Part shown: positions 28,544 to 38,969 of the stretch, one piece after another | How the letters are laid out: each line of letters opens with the position of its first letter | How positions within the stretch are numbered: the first letter of the stretch is position 1 | Source of the DNA: an uncultured Candidatus Rokubacteria bacterium | GTDB lineage: Bacteria > Methylomirabilota > Methylomirabilia > Rokubacteriales > CSP1-6 | Length of the DNA stretch: 64,000 nucleotides | NCBI GenBank assembly: GCA_963754315.1 | Contig: CAVWFS010000018.1 | Coordinates: 416,001 to 480,000, forward strand | Direction: 5' to 3' | Program-made: the position numbers and the translations under genes | Notes under the pieces: generated by a model | Told to the model about the DNA's origin: nothing | What the model saw: the letters and a program-made list of their open reading frames with translations, nothing else | Databases searched by the model: none

Positions 28544-29563
28544 AAATCACCTTCCTGTGTCCGCACCTCCGCATCGCCGGAGGGGTGCGGGCGATCCTCA
28601 CGTACGCCGATCGCCTCGTCGGCCGGGGCCACCAGGTCGAGATCATCGTCCCCGGCCGGCGCACGGGGATGACCTTCTGGCGGACGCGCGAGCCTCCGCG
28701 GCCCGCCTGGATGCCCGACTGCCGCGCGGGCATACGCGTGGTGTCCGAGTGGGCCCCCGCCGAGCTTCCCGCTGCGGACGCGGTGGTCGCGACTGCCTGG
28801 CAGTCCGCCCCGACGGTGGCCGCGGCGGCCGCCTCGCGAGGGGCCAAGTTCTACCTCGTACAGCACTACGAGAGTCTCTATCACGGCCAGCCCAAGGTCG
28901 TGGATGCGACCTATAGGCTACCGCTGAGGAAGATCGTAATCTCCTCGTGGTTGCGCGAGATCATGCACGAGCGTTTTGCCTCTGAAGCTGACGTCGTGGT
29001 CACGCCCGTAGACGATGGCCTCTTCCGTGTCGTTCCGGTGACCGTCACCGGCTTCCGGCCCCGCGTCCTCATGCTGCATCACGATTACCCCTGGAAGGGG
29101 GTGGCCGAAGGCCTGGAGGCGGTCGCGAGCGCGCGCGTACGTGGGGCGCGCCTACACCTGGTAGGCTTCGGCGTCAAAGCCGCCGCGGGGCCGGATGCCG
29201 TACGACGAGTTCCACACGAACCCACCCCAGCACGATCTTGCCGCCCTCTACAGCGGAGCGGATATCTACCTGTGTCCCTCATGGGATGAGGGGCTGGGGA
29301 TGCCGTCCATGGAGGCGATGGCCTGCGGGGCGGCGCTGGTCACCTATGACAATGGGGGCTGTCGTGACTACGCGGTGGAGGGCGTGACGGCCCGCGTGGC
29401 GCGCCGGCGCGACGTCGATGATTTGGCTGCCAAGATCGCCAGCCTGGTTCTCCAGCCGGCCCTGCGGGCTCGGCTGGCAGCGGCGGGGCGCGAGCACATC
29501 ACCACCGCGTTCAACTGGGATCGCGCGGTGAGCCGAATGGAGTTGATCCTGGGAGCCGGATGA
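28540..29563 (+). CDS. Glycosyltransferase family 4, +1 frameshift near 29178
   Basis: MKITFL...GGVR, ATAWQ, YLVQHYE, KGV. The other frame continues SWDEGLGMPSMEAMACG. Confidence 0.8.
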
Positions 29564-29623
29564 AGGGGGCCGTCCCCGCCGGCATGGGCTCAGACCCACG
29601 GTACCGCGAGCCGTATCGGCCAA

Positions 29624-29632
29624 TGCTAAAAT
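29624..29632 (+). promoter_or_regulatory. Extended -10 element (TGCTAAAAT) just upstream of the FmdB gene
   Basis: TGn-TAAAAT 9 nt before TTG 29642, with no SD in between. Confidence 0.45.
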
Positions 29633-29641
29633 GGACGTGCC

Positions 29642-30019
29642 TTGCCCATCTACGAATACGACTGTCACGATTGCCGGCGGCGCGTGAGCTTGCTCGTCCT
29701 CCGACCCTCGACCGCGCCGCCACCCACCTGTCCGCGCTGCGGCAGCGCCTCCCTCGGTCGGGTGATGTCACGCTTCGCCCGGATCAAGTCCGAGGACGAA
29801 CGGCTTGAGTCCATGGGGGATCCCGGCAACTTCAGCGACTTCGATGAGAACGATCCCGCCAGCGTCGGGCGGTTCATGAAGAAGATGGGCAAGGAATTCG
29901 GCGACGATCTCGGCGACGATTTCGGAGAAGCCCTCGACGAGGCGATGGCGGAATCTGCCGGTGATGAGGCGGGTGCCGAGTCGTCCGATGCGGATGTTGG
30001 GACTGGTGACGATCTGTGA
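29642..30019 (+). CDS. FmdB-family zinc-ribbon protein with an acidic tail
   Basis: MPIYEYDCHDC...CPRCGS and a D/E-rich C-terminus. Confidence 0.88.
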   Translation: MPIYEYDCHDCRRRVSLLVLRPSTAPPPTCPRCGSASLGRVMSRFARIKSEDERLESMGDPGNFSDFDENDPASVGRFMKKMGKEFGDDLGDDFGEALDEAMAESAGDEAGAESSDADVGTGDDL

Positions 30020-30996
30020 AGGTCGACCTCCACGATCGCCTTGAGGCGGTTGGCGCGGCCGCCTGGGATGATTTGCTCGGCCGCACCGCTCTCCGGTCGC
30101 CCTTCCTGTCCTGGACCTGGCAGCACCGCTGGGCACAGGTCTTCGCCGAGGGGCGGCGGCTGGAGATCCGAAGCGTGGTCGATGGGACCGGCAAGCTCGT
30201 CGCACTGCTGCCGCTCTATGAGGCCGAGCCGGAGGTCTTTCGCCTCCTCGGTGGTGTCGACGTCTCCGACTATCTGGATCTGATCGTTGAGGCTGGGCGT
30301 GCGGACGAAGTCTGGGCCGCCCTGCTCGCCGCGCCCGGGGTCAGCCAGTCCGTTTGGGATCTGCACGCGGTGCCGGCGGCTTCACCCACGGTTACCATGC
30401 TGCCCCAGCTCGTCACCGCATACGGTCGCGCAGCCATGGTGATGGTGGAGGAACGCTGTCCTGTCTTGACCCTGCCCGTTTCGTGGGAAGGATATCTCGC
30501 CTCCCTCTCGGGCAAGCATCGCCACGAGTTGACGCGCAAGATGCGCCGCCTGCGGCGCGAGGCACCGGATGCCCGCGCGACCTCGCTCGGTGCTCGGAGC
30601 GACGTCGAGGCGAGGTTCGGCGATTTTCTCCGGCTTCACCGCCGCTCACGGGTGGGCAAGGCAAAGTTCATGGACGAGCGCATGGAAGGCTTCTTCCGCG
30701 CCGTCGCCTCGTCGCTGGCGGAGCGCGGCGTGCTCCGGTTGTGGTTCCTCGACACGGCCTCCGAACCCCTGGCCAGTTTCATCACGCTCGAGTGGGATGG
30801 CACCGTCGGCCTCTACAATTCCGGCTTCGAGCCCTCGCGGGCGGCCCTGGCCCCGGGCCTCGTGCTCCTGGCCCACATGATCGAGGATGCCATCGTGCGC
30901 GGCAAGACACGCTTCGACTTCTTGCGCGGCGAGGAGCGCTACAAATACGAGTTTGGCCCGACCCCAGAGGACGTGTGCCAGGTGAGGATCACGTGA
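30016..30996 (+). CDS. GNAT-family acyltransferase (CelD/BcsL-like)
   Basis: PFLSWTW, DVSDYLD, YNSGFE, APGLVL, FDFLRGEERYKYEFG. Confidence 0.85.
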   Translation: MKVDLHDRLEAVGAAAWDDLLGRTALRSPFLSWTWQHRWAQVFAEGRRLEIRSVVDGTGKLVALLPLYEAEPEVFRLLGGVDVSDYLDLIVEAGRADEVWAALLAAPGVSQSVWDLHAVPAASPTVTMLPQLVTAYGRAAMVMVEERCPVLTLPVSWEGYLASLSGKHRHELTRKMRRLRREAPDARATSLGARSDVEARFGDFLRLHRRSRVGKAKFMDERMEGFFRAVASSLAERGVLRLWFLDTASEPLASFITLEWDGTVGLYNSGFEPSRAALAPGLVLLAHMIEDAIVRGKTRFDFLRGEERYKYEFGPTPEDVCQVRIT

Positions 30997-32246
30997 GTCT
31001 GCGGCTCGCCATGCTGAGTGTCCACACGTGCCCGCTGGCCGCCCTCGGCGGCAAGGAAACGGGCGGGATGAACGTCTACGTGCGCGAGTTGTCGCGCGAG
31101 CTCGGGCGCATGGGGGTGGAGGTCGACGTCTACACCCGCTCGCAGAATCCGGCCATTCCGCGCGTCGTGTCTCTCGGCGAGCGCGCCCACGTCATCCACG
31201 TGGCGGCGGGACCGGAGCGTCCGCTGTCGCGCGAAGGATTGGCGGGACACCTGGACGAGTTCGTGGACGGTATCGAGGACTGGCGCATCGTGCGGGGCGA
31301 CTACGACCTCATCTACGCGCACTACTGGCTCTCCGGGCTGGCCGGTCTCGCCTTGCGAGATCGGTGGACGGTGCCCGTCTTGCAGATGTTTCACACACTG
31401 GGCCGTCTGAAGAACTCGGTGGCACGCTCGGCCAGTGAGGTCGAGCCCCTCCGTCGCATCGAGGCGGAGAGCCGCCTGGTGGGCGCCGTGGACCGGATGG
31501 TCGCGGCCAACGTCGTCGAGCGGGAGCATCTGCTGCGCTTGTACGGGGCCGACCGTGCACGGATCGCCGTGGTTCCCTGTGGCGTGGACACCACGCTCTT
31601 TCGGCCCGGCGACAAGATGGATGCCCGGCGCGGTCTCGGGATCGCCGACCACCCGGTCATCCTCTACGTGGGCCGGCTCCAGCCGATCAAGGGCCTCGAT
31701 ACGCTCCTCGACGCCGTGGGGCAACTGAATACTGGCGGGGTTGGCGCGGAGCTCCTGGTCGTGGGGGGGGACACCGACGATGTGCCGGCGGGACGCGAAG
31801 CTCAGCTTCGTCAGCGCATCGGCACCCTGGGCCTGGCGGCCAAGGTACGCTTCGTGGGTGCCCAACCGCAGGAGGCATTGCGCGCGTACTACGTGGCCGC
31901 GGACGTGACCGTTCTGCCCTCCTACTACGAATCATTCGGGATGGTGGCGCTGGAAGCGATGGCCTGCGGCAGCCCCGTGGTGGGATCGCGCGTGGGAGGT
32001 CTCACCACCACCGTGCGCGACGGGGTTACCGGTCATCTCGTGCCCGAGGGCGACGTCAACGCGCTCGCGCAGCGGCTGGCCGACCTGATCACCGATCCCG
32101 ATGCCTGCGAGCGACTGGGCCGCGAAGGCGCGCGCTGGGCAGTCCAGCATCGCTGGCCGTGCGTGGCCGAGGCCATCTGCCGTGAGTTCGCATCCCTGGA
32201 ACCTCTGGCCGAGGTCCACCTGGCCTCCGCGCGCTGCCGGGAGTGA
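30993..32246 (+). CDS. MshA-like GT4 glycosyltransferase
   Basis: [57 protein letters not shown]. Confidence 0.88.
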   Translation: MSLRLAMLSVHTCPLAALGGKETGGMNVYVRELSRELGRMGVEVDVYTRSQNPAIPRVVSLGERAHVIHVAAGPERPLSREGLAGHLDEFVDGIEDWRIVRGDYDLIYAHYWLSGLAGLALRDRWTVPVLQMFHTLGRLKNSVARSASEVEPLRRIEAESRLVGAVDRMVAANVVEREHLLRLYGADRARIAVVPCGVDTTLFRPGDKMDARRGLGIADHPVILYVGRLQPIKGLDTLLDAVGQLNTGGVGAELLVVGGDTDDVPAGREAQLRQRIGTLGLAAKVRFVGAQPQEALRAYYVAADVTVLPSYYESFGMVALEAMACGSPVVGSRVGGLTTTVRDGVTGHLVPEGDVNALAQRLADLITDPDACERLGREGARWAVQHRWPCVAEAICREFASLEPLAEVHLASARCRE

Positions 32247-33280
32247 GGCGGGTGCCGCCGCTCCTGGAGGTCCGCGGTCTGCAGACACAGTTCCTGACGC
32301 GCGGCGGAGTGGTTCGCGCGGTGGACGGGGTCTCCTGGGACGTGCAGGAGGGGGAGACCGTCGCTCTTGTCGGCGAGTCGGGATGCGGCAAGAGCGTGAG
32401 CGCGCTCAGTATCATGCGATTGGTATCGGAGCCGGCCGGCCGGATCGTGGGCGGGCAGATCCTCTTCAAGGGGCGCGACCTGCTGACCTTGACTGAGGAG
32501 GAGATGCGCCGGGTCCGCGGCCGTGAGATCGGCATGATCTTCCAGGAGCCGATGACCTCGCTGAACCCCGTGCTCACCGTCGGTCGGCAGCTCACCGAAG
32601 GGCTCGAAATTCACCTCGGGATGACACACGCTCAGGCGCGGGCCCGCGCCGTGGAATTGCTGGGATTGGTGGGCGTACCCGATGGTGGCCGCCGGCTCGC
32701 CCAGTACCCACACCAGTTCAGTGGTGGCATGCGCCAGCGCATGATGATTGCCATGGCCCTGGCCTGCCAGCCCGCCCTGATCCTGGCTGACGAGCCAACC
32801 ACAGCCCTCGACGTCACGATTCAGGCCCAGATCCTCGAGCTGATGCGGAACCTGTCGCGCGAGTTCGGGGTGGCCATGCTGATGATCACCCACAATCTCG
32901 GCGTGGTGGCCCGATACGCCGATCGGGTGAACGTCATGTACGCGGGGCGCATCATCGAGCAGGGCACGGCTCGCGCGTTGTACGCGAATCCCCGCCATCC
33001 CTACACTCTCGGTCTGCTGCACTCCGTACCCCGCCTGGATGAGCCGCGTCGCGCCCGCCTCGATCCCATCGAGGGTCAGCCGCCAGATCTCACCCGGCTG
33101 CCCCGGGGCTGCGCCTTCGTGCCGCGTTGCGCCTTCCGCGTGGAGCGGTGCGCAGAAGAGATTCCCCTCCTTCGTCGTATCGGTGACGAGGATCGCGTGA
33201 GCGCCTGCTGGGAGGCCGAACACCTTCCAGGTCGCGGGCCGCGCACGCCGATGGCGCCAGCCAGCGCGGGGGGACGATGA
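32243..33280 (+). CDS. Oligopeptide ABC ATP-binding protein (OppD/DppD-like)
   Basis: [25 protein letters not shown]-terminal GCAFVPRC. Confidence 0.95.
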   Translation: MRRVPPLLEVRGLQTQFLTRGGVVRAVDGVSWDVQEGETVALVGESGCGKSVSALSIMRLVSEPAGRIVGGQILFKGRDLLTLTEEEMRRVRGREIGMIFQEPMTSLNPVLTVGRQLTEGLEIHLGMTHAQARARAVELLGLVGVPDGGRRLAQYPHQFSGGMRQRMMIAMALACQPALILADEPTTALDVTIQAQILELMRNLSREFGVAMLMITHNLGVVARYADRVNVMYAGRIIEQGTARALYANPRHPYTLGLLHSVPRLDEPRRARLDPIEGQPPDLTRLPRGCAFVPRCAFRVERCAEEIPLLRRIGDEDRVSACWEAEHLPGRGPRTPMAPASAGGR

Positions 33281-34254
33281 GCGAGGGAGTGCTCCTGCAG
33301 GTTCGCAATCTGGTCAAGCACTTCGAGGTCGGTGGGAGACTGTTCGGCGCGCGGGGAACGGTGCGCGCTGTCGATGGTGTGAGCTTCGAGATCTCCCGTG
33401 GCGAGACCTTGGGCCTCGTCGGCGAATCGGGTTGTGGGAAGACGACCACCGGGCGTTGCATCCTTCAGCTCGAGCGCCCCACGAGCGGGTCCATCGTGTT
33501 CGAGGGCAAGGAACTGACGGGGGTGACCGAGGGCGAGCTACGCCTCGTGCGTCGTCGGATGCAGGTGATCTTCCAGGATCCCTACAGTTCGCTGAACCCG
33601 CGGATGACCATCGAGCAGATCATCGAGGAGCCCCTCTTCGTCCACGGCATCGTGAGCGGCGCGGTGGAGCGGGCGGCGCGGGTTCGTCGGTTGCTGGAGC
33701 AGGTCGGACTCCTCCCCCAGCACGGACGGCGCTATCCCCACCAGCTTTCGGGTGGTCAGCGCCAGCGGGTCGGCATCGCGCGTGCCCTCGCCATGGAGCC
33801 GTCCCTCATCGTGTGCGATGAGCCGGTGTCGGCGCTCGACGTTTCCATCCAGGCCCAGATCATCAACCTCCTCGAGGATCTTCAGAGTGAGTTGGGTCTC
33901 ACGTATCTGTTCGTAGCCCACGACCTCTCGGTCGTGCGCCACATCTCCGATCGAGTCGCCGTCATGTATCTCGGTAAAATCGTGGAGATCACCGATCGAA
34001 AGGTGCTCTACGACGAGCCCCTGCACCCCTATACGAAGGCCTTGCTCTCGGCGGTGCCCATCCCGGATCCCGAGACGGAATCCTCCCGTGAGCGCATTGT
34101 GCTCAGCGGAGAAGTCCCGAGCGCGCTCCAGCCCCCTTCGGGCTGCGTGTTCCATCCCCGTTGTCCCATCGCCGTCACCCGCTGCTCCCAAGAAGTCCCA
34201 CTCCTCCGCGAGATCAAGCCTGCCCACTGGACCGCCTGCCACCTCGCCGCCTGA
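33277..34254 (+). CDS. Oligopeptide ABC ATP-binding protein (OppF/DppF-like)
   Basis: [36 protein letters not shown]. Confidence 0.95.
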   Translation: MSEGVLLQVRNLVKHFEVGGRLFGARGTVRAVDGVSFEISRGETLGLVGESGCGKTTTGRCILQLERPTSGSIVFEGKELTGVTEGELRLVRRRMQVIFQDPYSSLNPRMTIEQIIEEPLFVHGIVSGAVERAARVRRLLEQVGLLPQHGRRYPHQLSGGQRQRVGIARALAMEPSLIVCDEPVSALDVSIQAQIINLLEDLQSELGLTYLFVAHDLSVVRHISDRVAVMYLGKIVEITDRKVLYDEPLHPYTKALLSAVPIPDPETESSRERIVLSGEVPSALQPPSGCVFHPRCPIAVTRCSQEVPLLREIKPAHWTACHLAA

Positions 34255-34271
34255 GGCGTCAGGCTCCGGCC

Positions 34272-34400
34272 GCGCCGCTCCTAGCGCGTCATGTAGCACC
34301 ACCCAAAGCAAGCGCGATATCGAGGGGCACCGGCTTCCCGCCAGCGCCGCTCCTAGCGCGTCATGTAGCACCACCCAAAGCAAGCGCGATATCGAGGGGC
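34272..34400 (+). repeat. 57-nt perfect direct repeat, 2 copies, period 72
   Basis: GCGCCGCTCCTAGCGCGTCATGTAGCACCACCCAAAGCAAGCGCGATATCGAGGGGC at 34272-34328 and 34344-34400. Confidence 0.95.
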
Positions 34401-34466
34401 GCCCCGGGTCCCCCGGGGTGCCCCGAACGCCCGGGGGGCTTGGGGGGCCCTTTCGAGGCCCCCCAA
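34391..34466. repeat. Two-hairpin REP-like element, copy A
   Basis: ATCGAGGGGCGCCCCGGG..CCCGGGGTGCCCCGA followed by GGGGGGCC-CTTTCGA-GGCCCCCC. Confidence 0.8.
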
Positions 34467-34492
34467 TATACCGGTCTGACCATCGGTCCGCC

Positions 34493-34521
34493 TTGACACG
34501 GCAAGGGGCTGCGGGTACGGT
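34493..34521 (+). promoter_or_regulatory. Sigma70-type promoter of the peptide SBP gene
   Basis: TTGACA-17 nt-TACGGT. Confidence 0.55.
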
Positions 34522-34592
34522 GTGCGAAACCTGCGGCCGCTGCCGCGGATTCTTGAACAAAGCCCAAGGAGTCGCCACAGGAGGTGGCCCTC

Positions 34593-36179
34593 ATGTTTCG
34601 CGCACTAGCACTCATTACCGCACTATCCGTTGTGACCCTTGTCGGTCCGGTCGAGGCCCAAGACAAGCCCCGCTACGGCGGAGAGTTGATCTTTGCCGTC
34701 CCGTCCGAGCCTCCGTCGTACGACGCCCACCAGGAGGAGACCTTCGGGCTCATTCACCCGATGGCACCCCACTACAGCACCTTGCTGCGCGTCGATCCGT
34801 CCGATCGGACGGGGACCAAGCCGGTCGGAGATCTGGCCGAGTCGTGGACGATCGCCAAGGACGGTCTCGTCTATACCTTCAAGCTGCGCAAGGGCGTGAA
34901 GTTCCACGACGGCAGCGAGATGACCTCCAAGGACGTCAAGGCGTCCTACGACAAGATCATCTTCCCGAAGGATGGGATGAAGTCCTCCCGCCGCACGACG
35001 TACCAGGCGGTGGAGGTCGTGGAAGCGCCCGATCCCACCACGGTACGGTTCCGCCTCAAGTGGCCGGAGTCGTCGTTCATGCTCAACCTGGCCTCGCCCT
35101 GGAACTGGATCTACAAGGCCGACATCCTGGCCAAGGATCCGCGCTGGTACGAGAAGAACGTGATGGGCACTGGGGCCTTCAAGTTCGTCGAGCACGTGAA
35201 GGGCTCCCACTGGGTGGGCAAGAAAAATCCCGACTACTGGGACAAGGGCAAGCCGTATCTGGACGGGTACCGGGCTCTGTTCATCACCTCGTCGTCAGCG
35301 CAGGTAGCGGCCGTGCGGGGCGAGCGTGCCCACATCCAGTTCCGGGGCTTCAGCCCGGCCGAGCGCGACCAGCTGGTGGCCGCCCTCGGGCCCAAGATCG
35401 CCGTGCAGGAAAGCCCCTGGGACTGCGTGCTCATGGTGGCCATGCACCACGAGAAGAAGCCCTTTGATGACAAGCGCGTCCGACGCGCCCTGAGCCTGGC
35501 CCTGGATCGCTACGAGGGGTCGAAGAATCTGTCGAAGATCGCAATCGTCCGCGACGTGGCGGGCATTCAAGTGCCAGGCACACCGTACGCCACTCCGCCG
35601 GCCGAACTGGAGAAGCTCGCTGGCTACGGGCGCGACGTCAATGCCAACCGGGCCGAAGCGCGGCGGCTGCTCAAGGAGGCGGGGGTGCCGGAGGGCTTCG
35701 CGTTCACCTTCAAGAACCGGGGAACGCCCATGCCCTACGAGCCCGTTGCCATCTGGCTCATCGATCAGTGGCGGCAGATCGGATTGAACGTGAAACAAGA
35801 GGTCATCGAGGCCTCGGCCTACCATCCCATGCTGAAGCGCGGCGACTTCGAAGTGGCCATGGATTTTGCCTGCGGCTTCATCGTCGAGCCCGATCTCGAT
35901 CTCGGGCGCTTTGTGACCAACTCCGACGCCAACTACGGCAAGCACAAGGATGCCCTGATCGATGAGCTGTACATGAAACAGGCCCGGGCTTCGGATCAGG
36001 AAGAGCGAAAGAAGTATCTGCGGGCTCTCGAAAAGCGCTTGCTCGATGAGGAAGTGCACGTGTTCTACACGCTCCAGTGGCACCGCATCATTCCTCACAA
36101 CTCCAAGGTGAAGGGCTGGACCATTACCCCCAGCCACTACCTGAACAACCAACTCGATGCGGTCTGGCTGAGCGAGTAG
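34593..36179 (+). CDS. Peptide ABC substrate-binding protein (family 5)
   Basis: AGGAGGT RBS, signal peptide, DLAESWT...YTFKLRKGVKFHDG, MGTGAFKF. Confidence 0.93.
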   Translation: MFRALALITALSVVTLVGPVEAQDKPRYGGELIFAVPSEPPSYDAHQEETFGLIHPMAPHYSTLLRVDPSDRTGTKPVGDLAESWTIAKDGLVYTFKLRKGVKFHDGSEMTSKDVKASYDKIIFPKDGMKSSRRTTYQAVEVVEAPDPTTVRFRLKWPESSFMLNLASPWNWIYKADILAKDPRWYEKNVMGTGAFKFVEHVKGSHWVGKKNPDYWDKGKPYLDGYRALFITSSSAQVAAVRGERAHIQFRGFSPAERDQLVAALGPKIAVQESPWDCVLMVAMHHEKKPFDDKRVRRALSLALDRYEGSKNLSKIAIVRDVAGIQVPGTPYATPPAELEKLAGYGRDVNANRAEARRLLKEAGVPEGFAFTFKNRGTPMPYEPVAIWLIDQWRQIGLNVKQEVIEASAYHPMLKRGDFEVAMDFACGFIVEPDLDLGRFVTNSDANYGKHKDALIDELYMKQARASDQEERKKYLRALEKRLLDEEVHVFYTLQWHRIIPHNSKVKGWTITPSHYLNNQLDAVWLSE

Positions 36180-36189
36180 CCAGACAGGC

Positions 36190-36219
36190 GGAGCGCGCCC
36201 GGTCCGCCGGGCGCGCTCC
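36190..36219 (+). terminator. Perfect 13-bp stem-loop between the SBP and permease genes
   Basis: GGAGCGCGCCCGG-TCCG-CCGGGCGCGCTCC with no U-tract, likely an mRNA stabiliser or attenuator. Confidence 0.6.
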
Positions 36220-36228
36220 CGGTAACCC

Positions 36229-37182
36229 ATGTGGCGATACCTCTTGAAGCGGTTCTTCCTCATGTTCCCCACCCTGCTGGGGGTGGCCGCGCTGATCTTC
36301 TTTCTCATGCGGGTTGTCCCTGGTGACGTGGTCGAGCTCAGAATGGCGGGCGACCGTGGGACCGTGTCCCAGGAAGCGGTCGAGAAGGAGCGGGTGCGCT
36401 ACGGTCTCGATCGACCCTTGTGGGAGCAGTTCCTCACGTGGCTATGGGGCGCGGTGCGTCTCGATTTCGGTCGATCCATGTGGACCGGCGCGCCCATCTG
36501 GGAGGAGATCAAGCTCCGGTTCGCGCTCTCGCTGCAGGTGGCGATCATGGCCACCGTGGTGGCGGTGCTGCTCGCCATCCCTCTCGGTGTGCTGGCAGCG
36601 CTCAAGCAGGATACGTGGGTCGACTACGCCGTGCGCATTTTCTCCACCGCCGGCCAGGCTACCCCGTCCTTCTGGCTCGGCATCCTCTTCATCCTCGCCC
36701 TGCTCATCGTGTTCAAGTGGTTGCCGCCGATGGTGTACACGCCGTTCTGGGTGAACCCCTGGCAGAATCTCGCCCAGCTCATCTGGCCGGCCCTCACCGT
36801 GGGGTATCGTTACTCGGCGGTGGCAACCCGGATGACCCGCTCGGCGATGTTGGAGGTGCTCCGCGAGGACTACATCCGCACGGCGCGGGCCAAGGGTCTT
36901 CTGGCCAAGCTGATCCTCACCCGTCACGCGCTCAAGAACGCGATGTTGCCTGTGGTGGCGGTGGTCGCGCTGGAGTTTGCTTTCCTCATCGGGGGCCTGG
37001 TGGTCACGGAACAGGTCTTCAACCTCAACGGGATCGGCCTCCTGTTCGTGCAGGCGGTCGCTCACCGCGACTACACGCTGGTGCAGGCCTTGGTCATGGT
37101 GGTGGCCGGGGCCTTCATCGTCGTGAACTTCTGCATGGACGTGATGTACGCCTGGCTCGACCCGCGAATCCGCTACCGGTAG
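36229..37182 (+). CDS. Peptide ABC permease (OppB/DppB-like)
   Basis: DYIRTARAKGL, VVTEQVF, WLDPRIRY. Confidence 0.94.
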   Translation: MWRYLLKRFFLMFPTLLGVAALIFFLMRVVPGDVVELRMAGDRGTVSQEAVEKERVRYGLDRPLWEQFLTWLWGAVRLDFGRSMWTGAPIWEEIKLRFALSLQVAIMATVVAVLLAIPLGVLAALKQDTWVDYAVRIFSTAGQATPSFWLGILFILALLIVFKWLPPMVYTPFWVNPWQNLAQLIWPALTVGYRYSAVATRMTRSAMLEVLREDYIRTARAKGLLAKLILTRHALKNAMLPVVAVVALEFAFLIGGLVVTEQVFNLNGIGLLFVQAVAHRDYTLVQALVMVVAGAFIVVNFCMDVMYAWLDPRIRYR

Positions 37183-37188
37183 ATCATC

Positions 37189-38091
37189 ATGGCCGCCAAC
37201 CCGCCCCTTGAAGGCTACCGCGACTTCGTCGCCCCGGTCGCGGAACGAGGGTGGAGCCACGCCATCCTCGATTTCTGTCGCGAGCGGCAGCTGGGCGCGG
37301 TGGGGGCCGCCATTATCGTCCTCATGTTCGTGGTGGCGGCAGCAGCGCCCTTGCTCGCTCCCTACGATCCGGTGGCCGTCGATTTCGGCGCCATGCTGCA
37401 GTCGCCGAGCCGGAGCCACTGGCTCGGGACTGACGCCTTCGGGCGCGACGTGCTCTCGCGCCTCATCTACGGATCGAGGACCGCCCTTGTCGTGGGCTTC
37501 GGGTCGGCCATCCTGGGGGCCACCTTGGGAGCGGTGCTCGGGGTGGGGAGCGCCTACTTTGGCGGACGCATTGACCTCTATCTGCAGCGGATCATGGACA
37601 TCTTCCTGTGCTTCCCACTCATCATTCTGGCCCTGGCCATCGTGGCCATGATGGGCAACAACATTCCCAACCTCATCGTCGCCATCACGGTGCCGATGGT
37701 CCCCCGCTGTGCGCTGGTCATCCGCGCCGCCGCCCTCTCCATCCGCGAGCTTCCGTACGTGGACGCTGCGCGGGCGGCCGGCTTCCGCCCTGCGCGGATC
37801 GTACTGCGGCACATGCTTCCCAACGTCATGGCGCCCTACCTGATCATGTTGACCTCGTTTCTTGGTCAGGCGATTCTGCTGGAGGCCTCGCTCTCGTTCC
37901 TTGGGCTCGGGGTGCAAGAGCCTATCGCAGCATGGGGCCTCATGCTCCGTGGAGCGGCCGTCGAGTTCGCTGAGACGGCGCCGTGGATCGCCATCTTTCC
38001 CGGGTTGGCCATCAGCCTCTCGGTCTTTGCCTTCAACCTCTTCGGCGATTCTTTGCGCGATGCGCTCGATCCGCGCCTGCGCACGCAGTGA
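37189..38091 (+). CDS. Peptide ABC permease (OppC/DppC-like)
   Basis: HWLGTDAFGRD, RHMLPN, EASLSFLGLG, GDSLRDALDP. Confidence 0.94.
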   Translation: MAANPPLEGYRDFVAPVAERGWSHAILDFCRERQLGAVGAAIIVLMFVVAAAAPLLAPYDPVAVDFGAMLQSPSRSHWLGTDAFGRDVLSRLIYGSRTALVVGFGSAILGATLGAVLGVGSAYFGGRIDLYLQRIMDIFLCFPLIILALAIVAMMGNNIPNLIVAITVPMVPRCALVIRAAALSIRELPYVDAARAAGFRPARIVLRHMLPNVMAPYLIMLTSFLGQAILLEASLSFLGLGVQEPIAAWGLMLRGAAVEFAETAPWIAIFPGLAISLSVFAFNLFGDSLRDALDPRLRTQ

Positions 38092-38105
38092 GGCCGAGCG
38101 GCCTG

Positions 38106-38134
38106 TTGACACGTCCCGGGAAGTACGTTACAAA
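38106..38134 (+). promoter_or_regulatory. Putative promoter of the ferredoxin gene
   Basis: TTGACA-17 nt-TACAAA. Confidence 0.45.
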
Positions 38135-38192
38135 ACGATGGTTTTGACCGGACGCAAGCGATGGGAAACGTCTGAAGTCGAGGGAGGGTTGG

Positions 38193-38459
38193 ATGCCGTA
38201 CGTCATTGCTGAGCCCTGCATTAACGTCAAGGACAAGGCGTGCGTGGAAGTGTGTCCGGTCGACTGCATCTACGAGGGTGAGACGATGCTCTACATCCAC
38301 CCGGATGAATGTATCGACTGCGGCGCCTGCGAGCCCGTGTGTCCGGTGAAGGCCATCTTCGCGGAGGACGAAGTCCCCGACCAGTGGAAGAACTTTACGG
38401 AGTTGAACAAGCAATTCTTCACGGATCACCCGGACGTCAAACCCGCCACCAAGACCTGA
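38193..38459 (+). CDS. 7Fe/8Fe bacterial ferredoxin (FdxA-type)
   Basis: [38 protein letters not shown]. Confidence 0.95.
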   Translation: MPYVIAEPCINVKDKACVEVCPVDCIYEGETMLYIHPDECIDCGACEPVCPVKAIFAEDEVPDQWKNFTELNKQFFTDHPDVKPATKT

Positions 38460-38483
38460 TCTCGATCGGGTTGCCACCTCTGC

Positions 38484-38515
38484 GGGCCCTCGTTACGGCG
38501 AGGGCCCTTTTCTTT
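38484..38515 (+). terminator. Rho-independent terminator
   Basis: GGGCCCTCG-TTACGG-CGAGGGCCC followed by TTTTCTTT. Confidence 0.85.
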
Positions 38516-38680
38516 GCCCAGGGCGGGGGGCATGACGCCACGGTCGCTGTGCACGCGTCCGCCGTGTCCCCCCGGATCGCGCACCGGAGTGGGGACGAGG
38601 CGGTGGCACTTCGGTTGCTGCGCTCGTCTGCCGTGGAAATCTCAACGTGTGTGGCGGGGCCCCGTCCCGATTCCGGGAGC

Positions 38681-38863
38681 GTGGTTGGCTATCACGGGGC
38701 AGTGTCGGAATTCAAACGGCGGCTCATCGAGGCCACCCTCCATCAGATGCGGGGGAACCGTACGCATGCGGCCCGAGCGCTCGGACTGCAACGCACGTAT
38801 CTGTTACGCCTCATCCGGGACTTGCGAGTCAGTGCCCCGCCACCCCCTCCGCGGCGAAGTTAA
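38681..38863 (+). CDS. Stand-alone Fis-type helix-turn-helix protein (start uncertain)
   Basis: FKRRLIEATLHQMRGNRTHAARALGLQRTYLLRLI. Confidence 0.7.
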   Translation: MVGYHGAVSEFKRRLIEATLHQMRGNRTHAARALGLQRTYLLRLIRDLRVSAPPPPPRRS

Positions 38864-38969
38864 GGCGGGGGAGACACTCACGAGACACAAGATTCGATCA
38901 CGCCAGCGCCGCCCGGCATGACGGGGGCGGGTTGACGTTCGTGACGGTACCCGGCAAGCTTGGGCCGCC

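Noticed and set aside
30993..32246. Assigning mshA and a mycothiol pathway outright
   Set aside because: MshA-like GT4 motifs are widespread and no mshB, mshC or ino1 is in the window, so it is kept as a hypothesis only
34272..34400. Direct repeats as a mini CRISPR array
   Set aside because: Only two copies, a 57-nt repeat with a 15-nt gap, no leader and no cas genes in the window
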